The notes under the pieces: model-generated
The model's database searches: none
Told to the model about the DNA's origin: nothing
The model's input: only the letters and a program-made list of their open reading frames with translations
Shown here: in pieces, positions 14,376 through 26,780 of the stretch
Numbering within the stretch: position 1 is the stretch's first letter
How the letters are laid out: each line of letters opens with the position of its first letter
DNA from: Chiloscyllium plagiosum
Taxonomy: Eukaryota
Direction of reading: 5' to 3'
Assembly (NCBI RefSeq): GCF_004010195.1
Contig: NC_057753.1
Coordinates: forward strand, 8,554,985 to 8,618,984
Length of the DNA stretch: 64,000 nucleotides
Position numbers and translations under genes: made by a program

Positions 14376-14639
14376 TCCCATTTCCTACACCAGTGCCTCT
14401 AAAATATCTTTGTAGTTTCATTAGCTGAGATCTTTGCTTCATTGATGGGGCCCTGTTGTATAAACATTGCATGTGCTCAAATCACCCGAAGTCTGTTCTC
14501 TGTAGGGCCATGGGAAGTTGTCATTCCTCACAAGATTTATAGCCGCCATTTTAACGTTCGACAAGTCACCTGTCATCATTTACAGCAGGTCCAGTTTGTC
14601 ACGGGAAAATATAGTATTTCCACCTTTCTGCCATTATGG

Positions 14640-15195
14640 TGTTGAGGCTACTTGTGGAGTGCAATGTACAATTCAGATTGTACTGGCGTAGGCAGAACAT
14701 TATTAAATTTGAGAGGTTTCAGTAAATATTGACAAGAATGATACTGGGATTGTCGTGTTTTGGTGATAAGGAGAAAAAAAATGAGTAAGCTAGGACCTTT
14801 CTCAATGTAGCGCAGGAGGTGGAGTGATGATCGTATAGAAGTTTATAAATCATTAGGGTATACAGAAGGGATTAGGGAGGTTATTTCCTTTGGGTAGGAG
14901 AGCTCAAAATTAGAAGACACATTTTAAGACAGAACCGAAGGACTTAAAAGGGACCTGATGTGCAACATTTTCACAGAGAGGGTGGATCGAACGTGGAATG
15001 AACAGCCTGAGAGAGTGGTAGATGCAGGTAAAGTTACAACATTTAGAATATATTTATTTGGAAATATACATGATAGGAAAGGTTTAGAGGGTTATGGGCC
15101 AAACGTAGGCAAATTGGATTCCTATGTTCGTGAAAAATGGTCGAATGACAAGTTAAACAGAAGGGTTTGATTTCTATGCTGTGTGACTCTGTGAC
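14640..15195 (+). mobile_element. Old CR1 3' fragment
   Basis: NIFTERVDRTWNEQPERVVDAG and a typical 3' UTR ending ctatgctgtgtgactct. Confidence 0.7.
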
Positions 15196-15332
15196 CAATA
15201 AACCCTTTCTTTTCCCCCTTGGACCCAGTACATAACTGTACAAACATATGAGATTGAACGGCAATGATGCAGTCTCTGGTTAGATGCACACTCTACGGGA
15301 TTTTCACAGAGTTATTGTTTGTTGCTATATTT

Positions 15333-15458
15333 GGGTGGCACAGTGGCACAATGGTTGGCACTGCTGCCTCACAGCACCAGGGGCCCGGGTTCAATTCCCG
15401 CCTCAGGCAATTGTCTGTGTGGAGTTTGCACATTCTGCCGTGTCTGCGGGGATTTCCT
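15333..15458 (+). mobile_element. HE1/V-type tRNA-derived SINE, 5' half (3' half at 19935-20133)
   Basis: A box gtggcacaatgg and B box ggttcaattccc. Matches the intact copy at 27175-27500 up to ...gtgtctgcgggg atttcct. Confidence 0.85.
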
Positions 15459-16067
15459 AACTCTGCAGGGGCATGGGAACCCAGACTGTAGCTTTAGGGT
15501 GCAGGACCTGGAGTGTAGGGAGGTTAGGAACATGGCATCAATTTCAAAGGAGGGTGCCTGTAAACAGGAAAGTGGCTTGAAGTGTGTATACTTCAATGCA
15601 AGAAGTATACGAAATAAGGTAGGTGAACTTGCAGCGTGGGTTGGTACCTGGGACTTCGATGTTGTGGCTATTACGGAGACATGGGTAGAACAGGGACAGT
15701 ATTGGCTGTTGCAGGTTCCAGGGTTTAAATATTTTAGTAGGATCAGAGGTGGGGGTAAAAGAGGGGTAGGTGTGGCATTGCTTGTCAAAGATAGTATTAC
15801 AGCTGTGGAAAGGACGATGGATGAAGACTCGCCATCTGAGGTAGTTTGGGCTGAGGTTAGGAATAGGAAAGGTGAGCTCACCCTGTTAGGAGTTTTTTAC
15901 AGGCCTCCTAATAGTCCTAGAAACGTAGAAGAAAGGATTGCGAGGATGATTCAAGAGAAGAGTGAAAGTAATAGGGTGGTTGTTATGGGGGACTTTAACT
16001 TTCCTGATAATGATTGGGAAAGCTATAGCTCAAGTTCGTTAGATGGGTCAGTGTTTGTACAATGTGT
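15459..16067 (+). mobile_element. Young CR1 ORF2 5' part (apurinic-like endonuclease)
   Basis: CVYFNARSIRNK, VVAITETW, GGKRGVGVALLV, LGVFYRPP and VVMGDFNFP. Near-identical to 31940-32175 of the young CR1 copy. Confidence 0.92.
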
Positions 16068-16235
16068 TATTTATCTCTCCACCCTGGAGGCTCCCCGCTT
16101 CATTCCTCTTGAAGGGCTTTTGCCCAAAAAGTCAATTTTCCTGCTCCTCGGATGCTGCCTGACCTGCTGTGCTTTTCCAGCACCACTCTAATCTTGATTC
16201 TGATCTCCAGCATTTGGAGTCCTCAATTTCGCCCC
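16068..16235 (+). mobile_element. Penelope-like terminal fragment with mutated hammerhead core
   Basis: cctcttgaagggcttttgcccaaaaagtc...cggatgctgcctgacctgctgtgcttttccagca. Confidence 0.7.
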
Positions 16236-16289
16236 GTAACAAGATGTGACTCTGTTTAATTGATATTCTGTGTCCCCTCCCCCTGCCAG

Positions 16290-17195
16290 ACTAGTTTAAA
16301 CTCCTCCCAACAGCACTAGTAAACCTACCTGCAAGGACGTTGGTCCCAGTGATCCGGGTGTCGACAGTCCCATGTGTACATGTCCCACTTTCGTCAAAAA
16401 TGGTCCCAGTGATCCAGGAATCTAAAACCCTCCCTCTTGCACCGACTCTAGAACCACACACTATTTTGCTGTTTCTAAACTTGCAAGCATGTGGCACTGG
16501 GAGTAGTCAATTCAGGTCCTGCTTTTTAACCTACTGCCTAGCTCTCTCCATTCTTGATGAAAAACCTCATTCCTCACTTTGCCCATATCATTGGTACCAC
16601 TATGTACCATGACCTCTAACTTATCACCTTCCCCTTTTCAGGATGCCCTGTAGCTGTTCAGTGACATCCCTGATCTTGGCATCAGGGAGGGCAACACAAC
16701 ATCCTCGAGTCACGTCTTCAGCTGCGGAAATGTCTGTTTTCTCCCTGGATTAACAATTGCCGTATTACTGCTCTTTGTCTCTTCTTCCTCACCTTCAGCA
16801 CCCACCCCACCCTGCAGCCCCACAGTCACACCACCTGTGGTGCTAGAAGCTTTGCCTCTATCTGCACTCCACAGAGTCCACCCTTATCAGCTTCCAAAAT
16901 GGAATACCAGTTTTGAGTGGGACCCCCAAGTGACTCCTGCACTATCTGCCTATTCCTTTTGGACTGTTTGGTGGTACACATTCCCTTCTTTCTTCTGGTC
17001 TGTTGAGCTGTGATGTGACCACCTCTCCAACCATGTTATCCAGGTAACTCCCAGCCTCGCTGATGTGCTGCAGCATCTCCAACCACTGCTCATGCTCCGA
17101 GATCTGGATCTCCAGCTTCTACAGCTGGGAACACTTCCTGTACCCATCGTCATCTAGGACATGGGCAGCATCTAGGACTCCCCCACGTGACAGAC
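16290..17195 (-). mobile_element. Decayed CR1 ORF1 region
   Basis: Similar to the CR1 ORF1 end (ggaggagtttaaactag) and to an esterase-block remnant (CCPP.A...VHSGTND-like). Confidence 0.55.
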
Positions 17196-17445
17196 TACAT
17201 ATTTGCCCCTCTATTTCCTGATGAGTCTTTGGGGGGCTATAATACACTTCCAGCAAAGTAGCTGTCCCCTTAATATTCCTAAGTTCTACTCACAAAGCTT
17301 CATTTGAGGACCCTTCCAATATAAAGTCGGTTCTGCTACAAAGGGGTGTTTCCATTCTCATGCAATCCCATGTGATAAGAAAATTGCTTGGCTGGTCTCT
17401 TAAACTTACAATTAACACGTTAGACTAGAATTATTAGTCTTAGCG

Positions 17446-17525
17446 AGTTTTGAAAGATTTGTAACTCAGGTTGAGGTTCTGGATGTAGGTTTGCTCACTT
17501 AGCTCAGCGAGCAAGCCTACACCCA
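17446..17525. repeat. Short inverted Penelope-terminus footprint
   Basis: tgtaggtttgctcact...agcgagcaagcctaca hairpin. The left part resembles the reverse complement of the terminus at 61640-61700. Confidence 0.55.
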
Positions 17526-18984
17526 TTATTAGTCTTATTTTATTAGACTTCCTACTCTATTACTACGGTTCAGAGGTCCTTTCTAAAGTCACCCATGAAT
17601 GATTTGGCTCTGATGATAAATTTCTGCTGCATTTTGTTAACTCTTGTACCAGAGAAAATAAATTTTGTTTGAGATAATTAAATAATTCAGTCAGCACAAC
17701 ACACACCTCACTCCTTCATCTACTATACACACACGATATGGACTGTACAACCTGGCTCCATAATTTATTCCTGTTAGCTCCACAGTATTCCGGTAGAACT
17801 CTTCAGTCATTAGGTAAAGAAATCTCTCCTGAATTCCTTTCTGGATTTATTCATGACTATCTCCTGTTTAAGGCCTTCGGATTTTTAAGTTAATACAATT
17901 CCATACAATCCGAAAGACTCTGTCAGGCTACCTCATAGCCACTGCTTTTCTGGAGAAAGGAGCCCTCAACCTGTTTGGTCTTTTTAGCAAATGCATTTAT
18001 ATTCCCTAGATGCAGTTTCTCTGTCAATGAGCTTGCCCCCGAATTAGCATTTGTCTTGTAGTCTCTGCTCCCGTTGTGACCTTACCTTTGGATTATGTCT
18101 GAAGTGCTTTTCTTACAAGCTGCCTGTCAGAACAAGCTTTACGTCCAGTACTCCGTTCTCCTTGGTGCCTGCTGTGTGAATCAATTCAGTTCTCCCAATA
18201 ACCCCGAGCTGATTTCTCCTGTCTGTCTGTCAGTCAGTCACTCAATCATTGTGTCCCCAAATCATGGTCCCTGTTGCAGGCACCTCCAGAACAATTCTGG
18301 TGTGTCTGTGAAACAATAGATTTTTCAACTCTGACTGTGTGTGTAAAACAGGATTCAAGTGAATACCTTTCAAGGGATGGTTACATCCTGCATGATTGGA
18401 CTGTTTGTATATTTTAATGAGAAGCATTGTAAAAATGAGACACAATCGTGTACTGCTTTTCCCAGGTTTGACCTTGGGGCACGGTTAAATCACCAAGTTC
18501 TTGGCACTTGCCTTGTGCGACCATACAGATCTGAACGGCAGCTGCTGTAAACACATTAGTCCATTCATTGACAGGAACCAGGACTTAATCCAGGTCTCAT
18601 GACCCTGATCCAAAACCTGCCATTCAGAGCAGGCCGTGCTTACAGATTTCTGAACTCTAAGCTCTGAAATTCTCCCGAAACGTCTCTTTCTTTCTAATTT
18701 TGTAAGATGCTGTTTAAAACAAACCTTTTCTGTCCATACTTTTTGGACTCCTGTTGTAATATCTACGTATGTCACTCAGTGTCAAGTTTTGTCTGATGCA
18801 GTGTCAGGTTTCTGTACCTTTACAGAATGCGATATGTGTGTGTGTTGCTGTTGTCTAAGCCATGGCCCATTAAGGACAGGCAGAATCTGCTGAAAAAGAT
18901 CTATATTAATGAATTTTAATTTACCTGTATATCGAGATAACTTGCACCTTAAAATCCATCTCTCATTGTGTTTATGAGACACTG

Positions 18985-19543
18985 AGATAGAAATATAGAA
19001 ACTAGAAGCAGGAGTAGGCCATTCTGCCCATCAAGCCTGATCTGTCACTCAGAGTGATCATGGCTGAACCTCTATCTCAATGCCATATTCCTGCTTTCTC
19101 TCCAAACCCCTTGATTCTTTTAAAACTTAACAAAAAGATCTGACTCTTTCTTGATGATATTCAATGATTTGGTGTCCGCAGTCTCCTGTGTGAGAGATTT
19201 CTACAGATTCACTGCCTTTGAGTGAAGAAATCTTTCCTCATCTCAGTCCGAAATGGTCTGTCCTGTATCCTGAGACTGTGTCCCCAGTCCTAGACTTCCC
19301 AACCAGAGAAACATCCTGCCTGCATCTGGTCTGTCTAGACCTGTTAGAATTTTACACCTTTCAACCAAGTCATTCCTCTAAACTCAGGTGAATACAGGCT
19401 CAGTTGTTGTAAACTCTCCTCACGGGACAGTCTTGCCATTCCTAGTATCAGCCAAGTGAACCTCCACTGCAGTCACTCTGTGGTGAGTAAATCCTTCCTG
19501 AGATAGGGTGATCAAAACTACTTGCAATACCCCAGGTATAGTC
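18985..19543 (-). mobile_element. Older CR1 3' fragment
   Basis: Tail tagaaatatagaaactagaagcaggagtaggcc followed by decayed ORF2 C-terminal sequence on the minus strand; truncated abruptly at about 19543. Confidence 0.7.
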
Positions 19544-19544
19544 T

Positions 19545-19934
19545 TTGGGGTTGTTTTCATTGGAGAAAAGATGGTTTAGGGGTGACTTGATAGAGGTGTA
19601 CAAGATGATTAGGGGTTTAGATAGGGTCGACAGTGAGAATCTTTTTCCACGTATGGAGTCATTTATTACAAGGGGGCATAGCTTTAAATTAAGGGGGGGG
19701 GTAGGTATAGGACAGATGGTACGGGTATGTTCTTTACTCAGCGAGTCGTGAGTTCATGGAATGCCCTGCCAGTAGCAGTGGTGGACTCTTCCTCATTATG
19801 GGCATTTAAGCGGGCATTGGATAGGCATATGGAGGATAGTGGGCTAGTGTAGGTTAGGTGGGCTTGGATCGGCGCAACAACGAGGGCCGAAGGGCCTGTA
19901 CTGCGCTGTATTTTTCTATGTTCTATGTTCTATG
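19545..19934 (+). mobile_element. Young CR1 3' end with (TTCTATG)n tail
   Basis: GLFSLEKRWFRGDLIEVYKMIRGLDRVDSENLFPRMES; near-identical to 29311-29700 in reverse. Confidence 0.92.
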
Positions 19935-20133
19935 TTCCTCCAGGTGCTCCGGTTTCCTCCCACAGTCCAAAGATGTGCAGGTTAGATGAATTGGCCACTC
20001 TAAATTGCTGGTAGTTTAAGATGAAGGGGTAAATGTAGGTGAATGGGTCTGGGTGGGTTGCTCTTTGGAGGGTCGGTGTGGACTTGTTGGGGCAAAGGGC
20101 CTGTTTCCACACTGTGAGTAATCTAATCAAATA
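19935..20133 (+). mobile_element. HE1/V-type SINE, 3' half
   Basis: ttcctccaggtgctccggtttcctcccacagtccaaagatgtgcaggttag...gggcctgtttccacactgt...aatctaatc continues the SINE exactly where 15458 stops. Confidence 0.85.
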
Positions 20134-20747
20134 TCCTTGTTGCAAATCAGCGCGAGTAACACGCTAATTCAGCAAGTCAGCAATCTGTGGTCTGTTTCAG
20201 CACCGTGTAGAACTGTTAAAACAGTGGGTCTGGCTCTAGGTCGCTCCAGGGGCAATTTTGGCATATGGGAGGGTTGGGGGCTGGGGAGAATTTTGCACCA
20301 AATATTTCAGAACCCAAGATTAGAGAAAGTAGATCTTTTTTTTTATTTCTAACTGGAATATCAGAGTTAACATTGACACCAGGTGTCCCTGTCTAAGAAT
20401 GCTTCCTCTGACCAAAAGTGGCCAAATTCTTCTCCAGATTCCTCACTGCAGCTTACAGTTCTAGTTTGGAGAAACTGATTCCAAAGGCATATTTTAAGAT
20501 TATTTTGAATCTGCAACTGTAAAACTGGAAATCTAGACTCCCAAAACTATAGTGGTAAAGAAATGAAGTGTACTTAATCATAGAGATAGTGCCATGAACC
20601 AATATTAAAAATCAATGGATGATCTGAATGATGGAATTCTAGGACCTCAGAATGGGTAGACGAAGCCTAATCTTCAGGATTTTCAACGCATCAAGTCAGG
20701 GATTGTCAATCAAAAATTCTGTTCCGTACTGTCCATGGTAGGTATCC

Positions 20748-22065
20748 ATGATGCAGAGGTGCCAGTTTTGCACTGAGGTGGACAAAGTTAAAAGCCACAC
20801 AACACCACGTTATGGTCCAATAGGTTTATTTGCAATTACAAGCTTTCAGAGTTCTGCTTTTTTGTCAAGCAGCTAGTGGAGCAAGATCATAGGACACAGA
20901 ATTTATCGTATAACTGATGTGATATATTGAACAAACCTTGATTGCTATTAAGTTTTTAATCACCAAGGCATGGTATATTGGTGAGACGGTGTCACAGACG
21001 CTACGAAAATGGATGAATGGACACCGCACAACAATCGTCAAATATGGATATTCCCTCGCAGAGGGGGAACACTTCAGCAGTCAAAGGATATTCGGCCTCA
21101 GAGTTTCAGGTGGCAGTCCTCCAAAGTGTGCGTCAGGATACGCAACAACCAAGAGTCATGGAACAGACGCTGATCGTCAATTTTGGTACACATGAGAATG
21201 GCCTCAACGTGGATCTTGGGTTCTTGTCACACTACAAGTGTCCCCACTACGCTATACACTTCACATGCACTCAAACACACGTAAACATACATATACTTAC
21301 TGTTACACATGATCACACTCACACACTCACACAGATCCTCTCCCATGCACACGATCTGTCTCAGATACACAGAAACGCACTCAAACTCACATGCACACTC
21401 TCACAGGCATGCCCTCCCTCACACTTGCACACACATTCTATCACTCACGTACACATGCTCATGCGCACGCATGAGCCCACACAGAAGCACACACATTTTA
21501 TCCCTCTTCTCTCATACAGACGCATTCCCTAACTATCTCTCTCCCTGACACGCATTCATACACACACGTAGAAGACTATGGAGTGAATCTGCATTAATAG
21601 ATTTACATTTGCAGATACATTTTTTAAAAAAAACATGCATTTTGGACGTGGTCTGTCCATGTGAATTTCCTCAATTCCTACTTTAGGGATAGAACCATTC
21701 TGCCTCTAGGTTCGAATGCAGATAGATCCTAACGTCGCAGCTTTAATACATTGTCTGAGCTCGGATGTATTTTTCTTAAAAACCTTGCGTTATATTAGGC
21801 TGTGACATGAAGGATTTTCTAGAATTTACATGTTAATGCATCAAAACCTGCAAACCGATTCAAAGTGATTAAAGAGTAAACAGCAATCTAGGTGTGTTCA
21901 ATATATCGCATTAGTTCCATGACACTTTGATCTTTTACTATAAATTTTGTGTCCTAAGCTCCTGCCCCACGAGCTACCTGATGAAGGAACAGTGGTCCGA
22001 AAGCTTGTACTTCTACATAAACCTTTTGGATGATAACCTGTTGTGGTGTGAATTTAACATTGTAG
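20748..22065 (+). mobile_element. 5'-truncated Penelope-like element: inverted terminal segment, GIY-YIG remnant, CA-rich tract, terminal repeat with hammerhead
   Basis: AWYIGETVSQTLRKWMNGHR and EQTLIVNFGTHENGLNVDLGFLSHY. 20748-20955 is the reverse complement of about 21870-22065. Confidence 0.85.
21975..22009 (+). ncRNA. Minimal type I hammerhead ribozyme motif (Penelope-associated)
   Basis: tac-CTGATGA-aggaacagtggtcc-GAAA-gctt-gta: intact core boxes, stem I tac/gta, imperfect stem II and a palindromic AGCT stem III. Confidence 0.65.
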
Positions 22066-22380
22066 GCATCGACAATATCGTCGTCTCTGGTGTCTTTGTG
22101 TCGAGAGTGAGGACAAATAAAAACAGCTGGCCATAATAAAGTGGGTATGAGAAGGTGAAATCAGAGGGTGGCTATCACCGAGGGGCCACTCCATTTTGTA
22201 CAATATCCAGCAAGGTTGGAAATAAACGGTTTTCAGACGGTTAGAGCTTGTTAGGATCATAGATTCCTGCAGCTCAGAGACAAGTTCTTTAGCCAAAACT
22301 GATGCATGACAACCATCCACGATAACCCCAATTCCATGCGCATGGTAAATATCCTTCCAAATATTTCCTATCCTTTAAAT

Positions 22381-22536
22381 ATCACACAACGCCAGATTGT
22401 AATCCAACAGGTTTATTTGGAAGCATTTGCTTTCGGAGTGCTGCTTATACTCCACAACCACCTAATCAAGTAGCAGCGCTCCAAAAACGAGTGCTTTCGA
22501 ATAAACCTGTTGGACTGTAACCTGGTGCTGTGTGAT
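22381..22536. repeat. Inverted pair of Penelope terminal fragments (about 65-bp arms)
   Basis: atcacacaacgccag..tccaacaggtttattt..agca..ctttcggagtgctgct pairs with agcagcgctcc..tgct..aataaacctgttgga..ctggtgctgtgtgat. Confidence 0.8.
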
Positions 22537-25500
22537 AGAACATAGAACATAGAAAATTACAGCACATAACAGGCCTTTTGGCCCACGATGTTGTGCCGTG
22601 GTTTAAGCCGAATGTAAAACATAATAACTTAACCTACGCACCCCTCAACTCACTGCTACCCATGTGCATGTCCAGCAGTCGCTTAAATGTCCTCAATAAC
22701 TCTGCTCCACCACCACAGCTGGTAACGCATTCCATGCATTCACAACTCTCTGCAGAAAGAACCTAATTCTGACGTCTCCTTTATACCCTCCTTCAAACTA
22801 TGACTCCTCGTACCAGTCAATTCTCCCCTGGGGAAAAAGTCTCTGTTTATTGACTCTATTTATTCCACTCATTATCTTCTATACTTCGATCAGGTCTCCT
22901 CTCTTCTCTTTCTCTTCACAGAAAAAAGTCCGAGCTTCTTCAACCATTCTTCATAAGACAAACCCTCCAGTCCAGGCAGCAAAAACTTTCTTTGTACCCT
23001 CTCTAACGCCTCTGTATCTTTCCTATAGTAGGGCGACCAGAACTGGACACAATGATACAAGTGTGGTCTCACCAGGGACTTGTAGAACTGCAGCAAAACC
23101 TTACGGCTCTTAAACAAATTCCCCCGTTAATGAAAGCCAAAACAACGTATGCTCTCTTAACAACCCTATCCACTTGGGTAGCAACTTTGAGGGAGCTATG
23201 TAATAGACAATAGACAATAGGTGCAGGAGTAGGGAATTCTGCCCTTCGAGCCTGCACCACCATTCAATATGATCATGGCTGATCATCCTTAAGCAGTATC
23301 CTGTTCCTGCCTTATCTCGATAACGCTTGATTCCACTATCCTTTGCTTCTATACTCAATCCCTCTTGCTATGAAGGCCAGCATGCTATTAGCCTTCTTCA
23401 CTACCTGCTGTACCTGCAGGAGAACCGTCATTGACTGGTGTACAAGAACACCCATATCTCGTTGTACTGCCCCTTTACCTAAATTGATTCCATTTAGGTA
23501 GTAATCTCCCTTCCTGTTCTTGCTACCAAAGTGGATAACCATACATTTATCCACATTAAACTGCATTTGCCATGCATCTAACCACTCACCTAACTTGTCC
23601 AGGTCACCCTGTAATCTCCTAACATCCTCATCACACTTCACCCTGCCACCCAGCTTAGTATCATCAGCAAATTTGCTCCTATTATTGCTAATACCATCTT
23701 CAATATCATTAACATATATTGTAAAAAGCTGCGGTCCAGTGCTGATCCCTGCGGTACCCCACTGGTCACTGCCTGCCATTCCGAACCGGAGCCGTTTATC
23801 ACTATTCTTTGTTTCCTGTCAGCCAACCAACTTTCAATACAAGTTAGTACTTTGCCACAACTCGATCCCCCTGTTAATGTACTTGCTCACTCAGATCTCT
23901 CAGTTCCTCCACACTGCCAAGAGTCCTGTCTCTAATCCTATATTCATCATTTGAGTTCGACCTTCCAAAATGCATCACTTTGCACTTATCCAGGTTGAAC
24001 TCCATCTGCCATTTCTCAGCCCAGCTCTGCATCCTATCTATGTCGCGCTGCAGTCTGCAGTAGCCCTTTATACATTGTTCGACACCTCCAAACTTTGTGT
24101 CATCTGCAAATTTACTAATCCACCCCTCAACCTCCTCTTCCAAGTCATTTCTAAAAAACCTACAAAGACCAGAGGCCAGGAACAGAGCCCTGTCGGACCC
24201 CACTCAACACTGACCTCCAGACTGAATACTTTCCATCTAAAACCATTCTCTGCCTTCTGTCAGCCTGCTAATTCTGAATCCAGATAGCCAAATCTCCCTG
24301 TATCCCATACTTCCTGACTTTATGAATGAGGCAACCATGGAGAACCTTAGCAAATGACTTGCTGAAGTCCATATACATCACATCCACAGCTCGACCCGTC
24401 GTCAACCTGTTTTTACACCTCCTCAAAGAACTCAATAAGATTTGTAAGGCATGACCGACCCCTCACAAAGCCATGCTGACTCATTAATCACACTATGCTT
24501 TGCCAAATAGTCATAAACCCTACTCTTCAGAATTATTTCCACAACTTTGCTGACCACAGACGTAAGACTGACTGGTCTGTAATTACCAGGTATTACCTTA
24601 TTACCCTTCTTGAAAAGAGGAACAACATTCGCCTCCTTCCAATCCTCCGGTATGACTCCCATGGAGAGTGAGGAGGCAAATATCCTCGCCAGCGGCTTAG
24701 TAACCTACTTTCTCGCTTCCTGGAGCAGCCCAGGATAAATCTGGTCTGGACCCGGGGACATATCAATCTTAATGTTATCCAAAATTTCTGGCATATCAAC
24801 ATCATCAATCTTGATCTGGTCAAGACTGCAGCCCCAGCTCCTCAAAGTTTTAATTCACAACAAGTTCCCTTTCCTTGGTGAAAACCGAAGCTAAAAACTC
24901 ATATTGGACTTCCCCTATCTGCTCAGACTCCACGCACAAGTTCCCTCCGTCATCCATGATCAGTCTTCTCTTCACGCTGATCATTCTCTTATTCCTCACG
25001 TATGAGTAAACTGCCCTTGGGATCTCCCTAATCCTTCTTGCCAAGCCTTTTTCGTGTCCCCTTCTGGCTCTCCCCTGGCCATTTCTGAACTCCTTTCTAG
25101 CAAACCTGTAATCCTCTAAAGCTGTACTAGATCCTTGCTTCCTCCACCTTACGTAAGCAGCCGTCTGCCTTTTTACGAGAAACGCCCCTGTTCTCGTCAT
25201 CAAAGGTTCCTTAATCTTACCCCTTCTTACCTGTCTCAGAGCAAAAAATCCGTGCATCACTCGCAACAACTGTTTTTAAATAGTCTCCACATGTCGGCTT
25301 GCCCTTTCTGTGGAACAATTGCTCCCAATCTGTACTTCCCAACTCCTATCTGATAGCGTCATAATTTCCTTTTCCCCAATTAAATATCTTCCCTCGGTAA
25401 CTGCTCCTGTCACTCTCCAAGGCTATGCTAAATGTGAGGCAGTTGTGATCACTGTCACCAATCTGACACCTATCTTGGCTCGTTGCCGATCACCAAATCC

Positions 25501-26780
25501 AAAATGGCCTCTTCCCTTTCGGTCTGTCTACATGCTGAGTAAAAAAACACTCCTGAACACATCTGACAAAGAAGCGGTTCCATCCAAACCATCTGCATTA
25601 GGAGGCTCCAGTCGATATTGCGAAGTTGAAATTACACATAACAACAACTCTGTTACATCTGCATTTTTCCAGAATCTGCACGCCTATGTGTTCTTCAATC
25701 TCTACTGCTATTCGGTGGTCTATAGAAAACCCCAATGCGGTGGCTGTTCCCTTGCTGTACCTAACTTCCACCCATACTGACGCAGTAGACAAACCTTCCT
25801 CAACAACCTTCGTTTCTGTACCGGAGATGCACTCTCTGATTAGCAATGCTACACTCACTCCCTTTTTCCCACCCTGCCTGTTCTTTTTAAACGATCTAAA
25901 CCCTGGAATATCAAGCGACCATTTCTGCCCCTGTGAAACCCACGTCTCCGTTATGACCACAACATCAAAGCCCCAAGTACTGATCCATGTTCTAAGTTCA
26001 TCACTCTTATTTTGGACACTCCTTGCATTATAAAAGACACACTTTAACCGATACCTTTGTTTCATCGCGTGATAAACCATTCTGTTGGATTCAATACATC
26101 CTGTCACTGTCCCATCTGCAACTGTCCCCCTCTCAGACATGTGGCTCTGATTCCCAAACCCCTGCCAAACAGTTTTAAACCCTCCTGAATCACACGAGCA
26201 AATCGTCCACCCAGGACATTTTTGCCCCTCCAGTTCAGGTGCAACCCGTCCTTCATGTACAGATCTCACCTTCCCCAGAAGGTATCCCAATGGTCTAGGT
26301 ATCTGAAGCCCTCCCTCCTGCACCAGCCTCGCAGCCACGGGTTAAGTTGCATACGCTGATTGTTTCTCATCTCACAATCTCATGGCACCGGTATCAAGCC
26401 TGAGATCACTACTCTTCTCATCCTACACTTCATCTTCCAACCTAACTCTCTGCAGTCACTTTACAGCTTTTCCATCCCTTCCTGGCTATATCATTGGTGC
26501 CAATATGTATCACGCTTTCTGGCTGCTCACCCTCCCCTTTCAGAACGTTGTAAACCCGATCAGCGACATCCCGCACCTTGGCACTGGGGAAGCAACATAC
26601 CTTCTGGGAGTCCCGTTCCTGACCACAAAATCTCCTGTCAATCCGTCTAACTATTGAGTCCCCTACCACTAGCGCTTTTCTACTTTCCCCACTTCCCTTC
26701 TGAACCACAGTTCCAGGCTCAGTGCCAGAGACCTGACAACTATGGCTTTCACCAGGTAGGCTGTCCCCAGCAGCAGTATC
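22537..26780 (-). mobile_element. Near-full-length decayed CR1 LINE (ORF1 SGNH-esterase-like domain; ORF2 endonuclease and RT), interrupted at about 23203-23879
   Basis: ORF1: LVVGDSIVR...CCFPSAKV...IHIGTND. ORF2: CVFYNARS, VVITETW, PEDWKEANVVPLFKKG..NYRPVSLTS, ISKFADDTK and LVRPHL..VQFWSPY. (ATAGAAC)n tail at 22537; many frameshifts. Confidence 0.92.
23203..23860 (-). mobile_element. Internally deleted CR1 copy with (ATAGACA)n tail nested in the 22537-26780 element
   Basis: SKFADDTKLGG...WQMQFNVDKC is joined directly to a 3' UTR at about 23342. The host CR1 sequence resumes at about 23880. Confidence 0.8.

Noticed and set aside
15333..15410. tRNA-like A and B boxes (also 27175-27250 and 46320-46392)
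   Set aside because: They are SINE heads followed by SINE body sequence, not tRNA genes.
15319..16191. 290-aa ORF that looks like a novel endonuclease gene
   Set aside because: It is a chance in-frame fusion of a SINE head, CR1 endonuclease and a Penelope terminus, and lacks the C-terminal catalytic part of the endonuclease.
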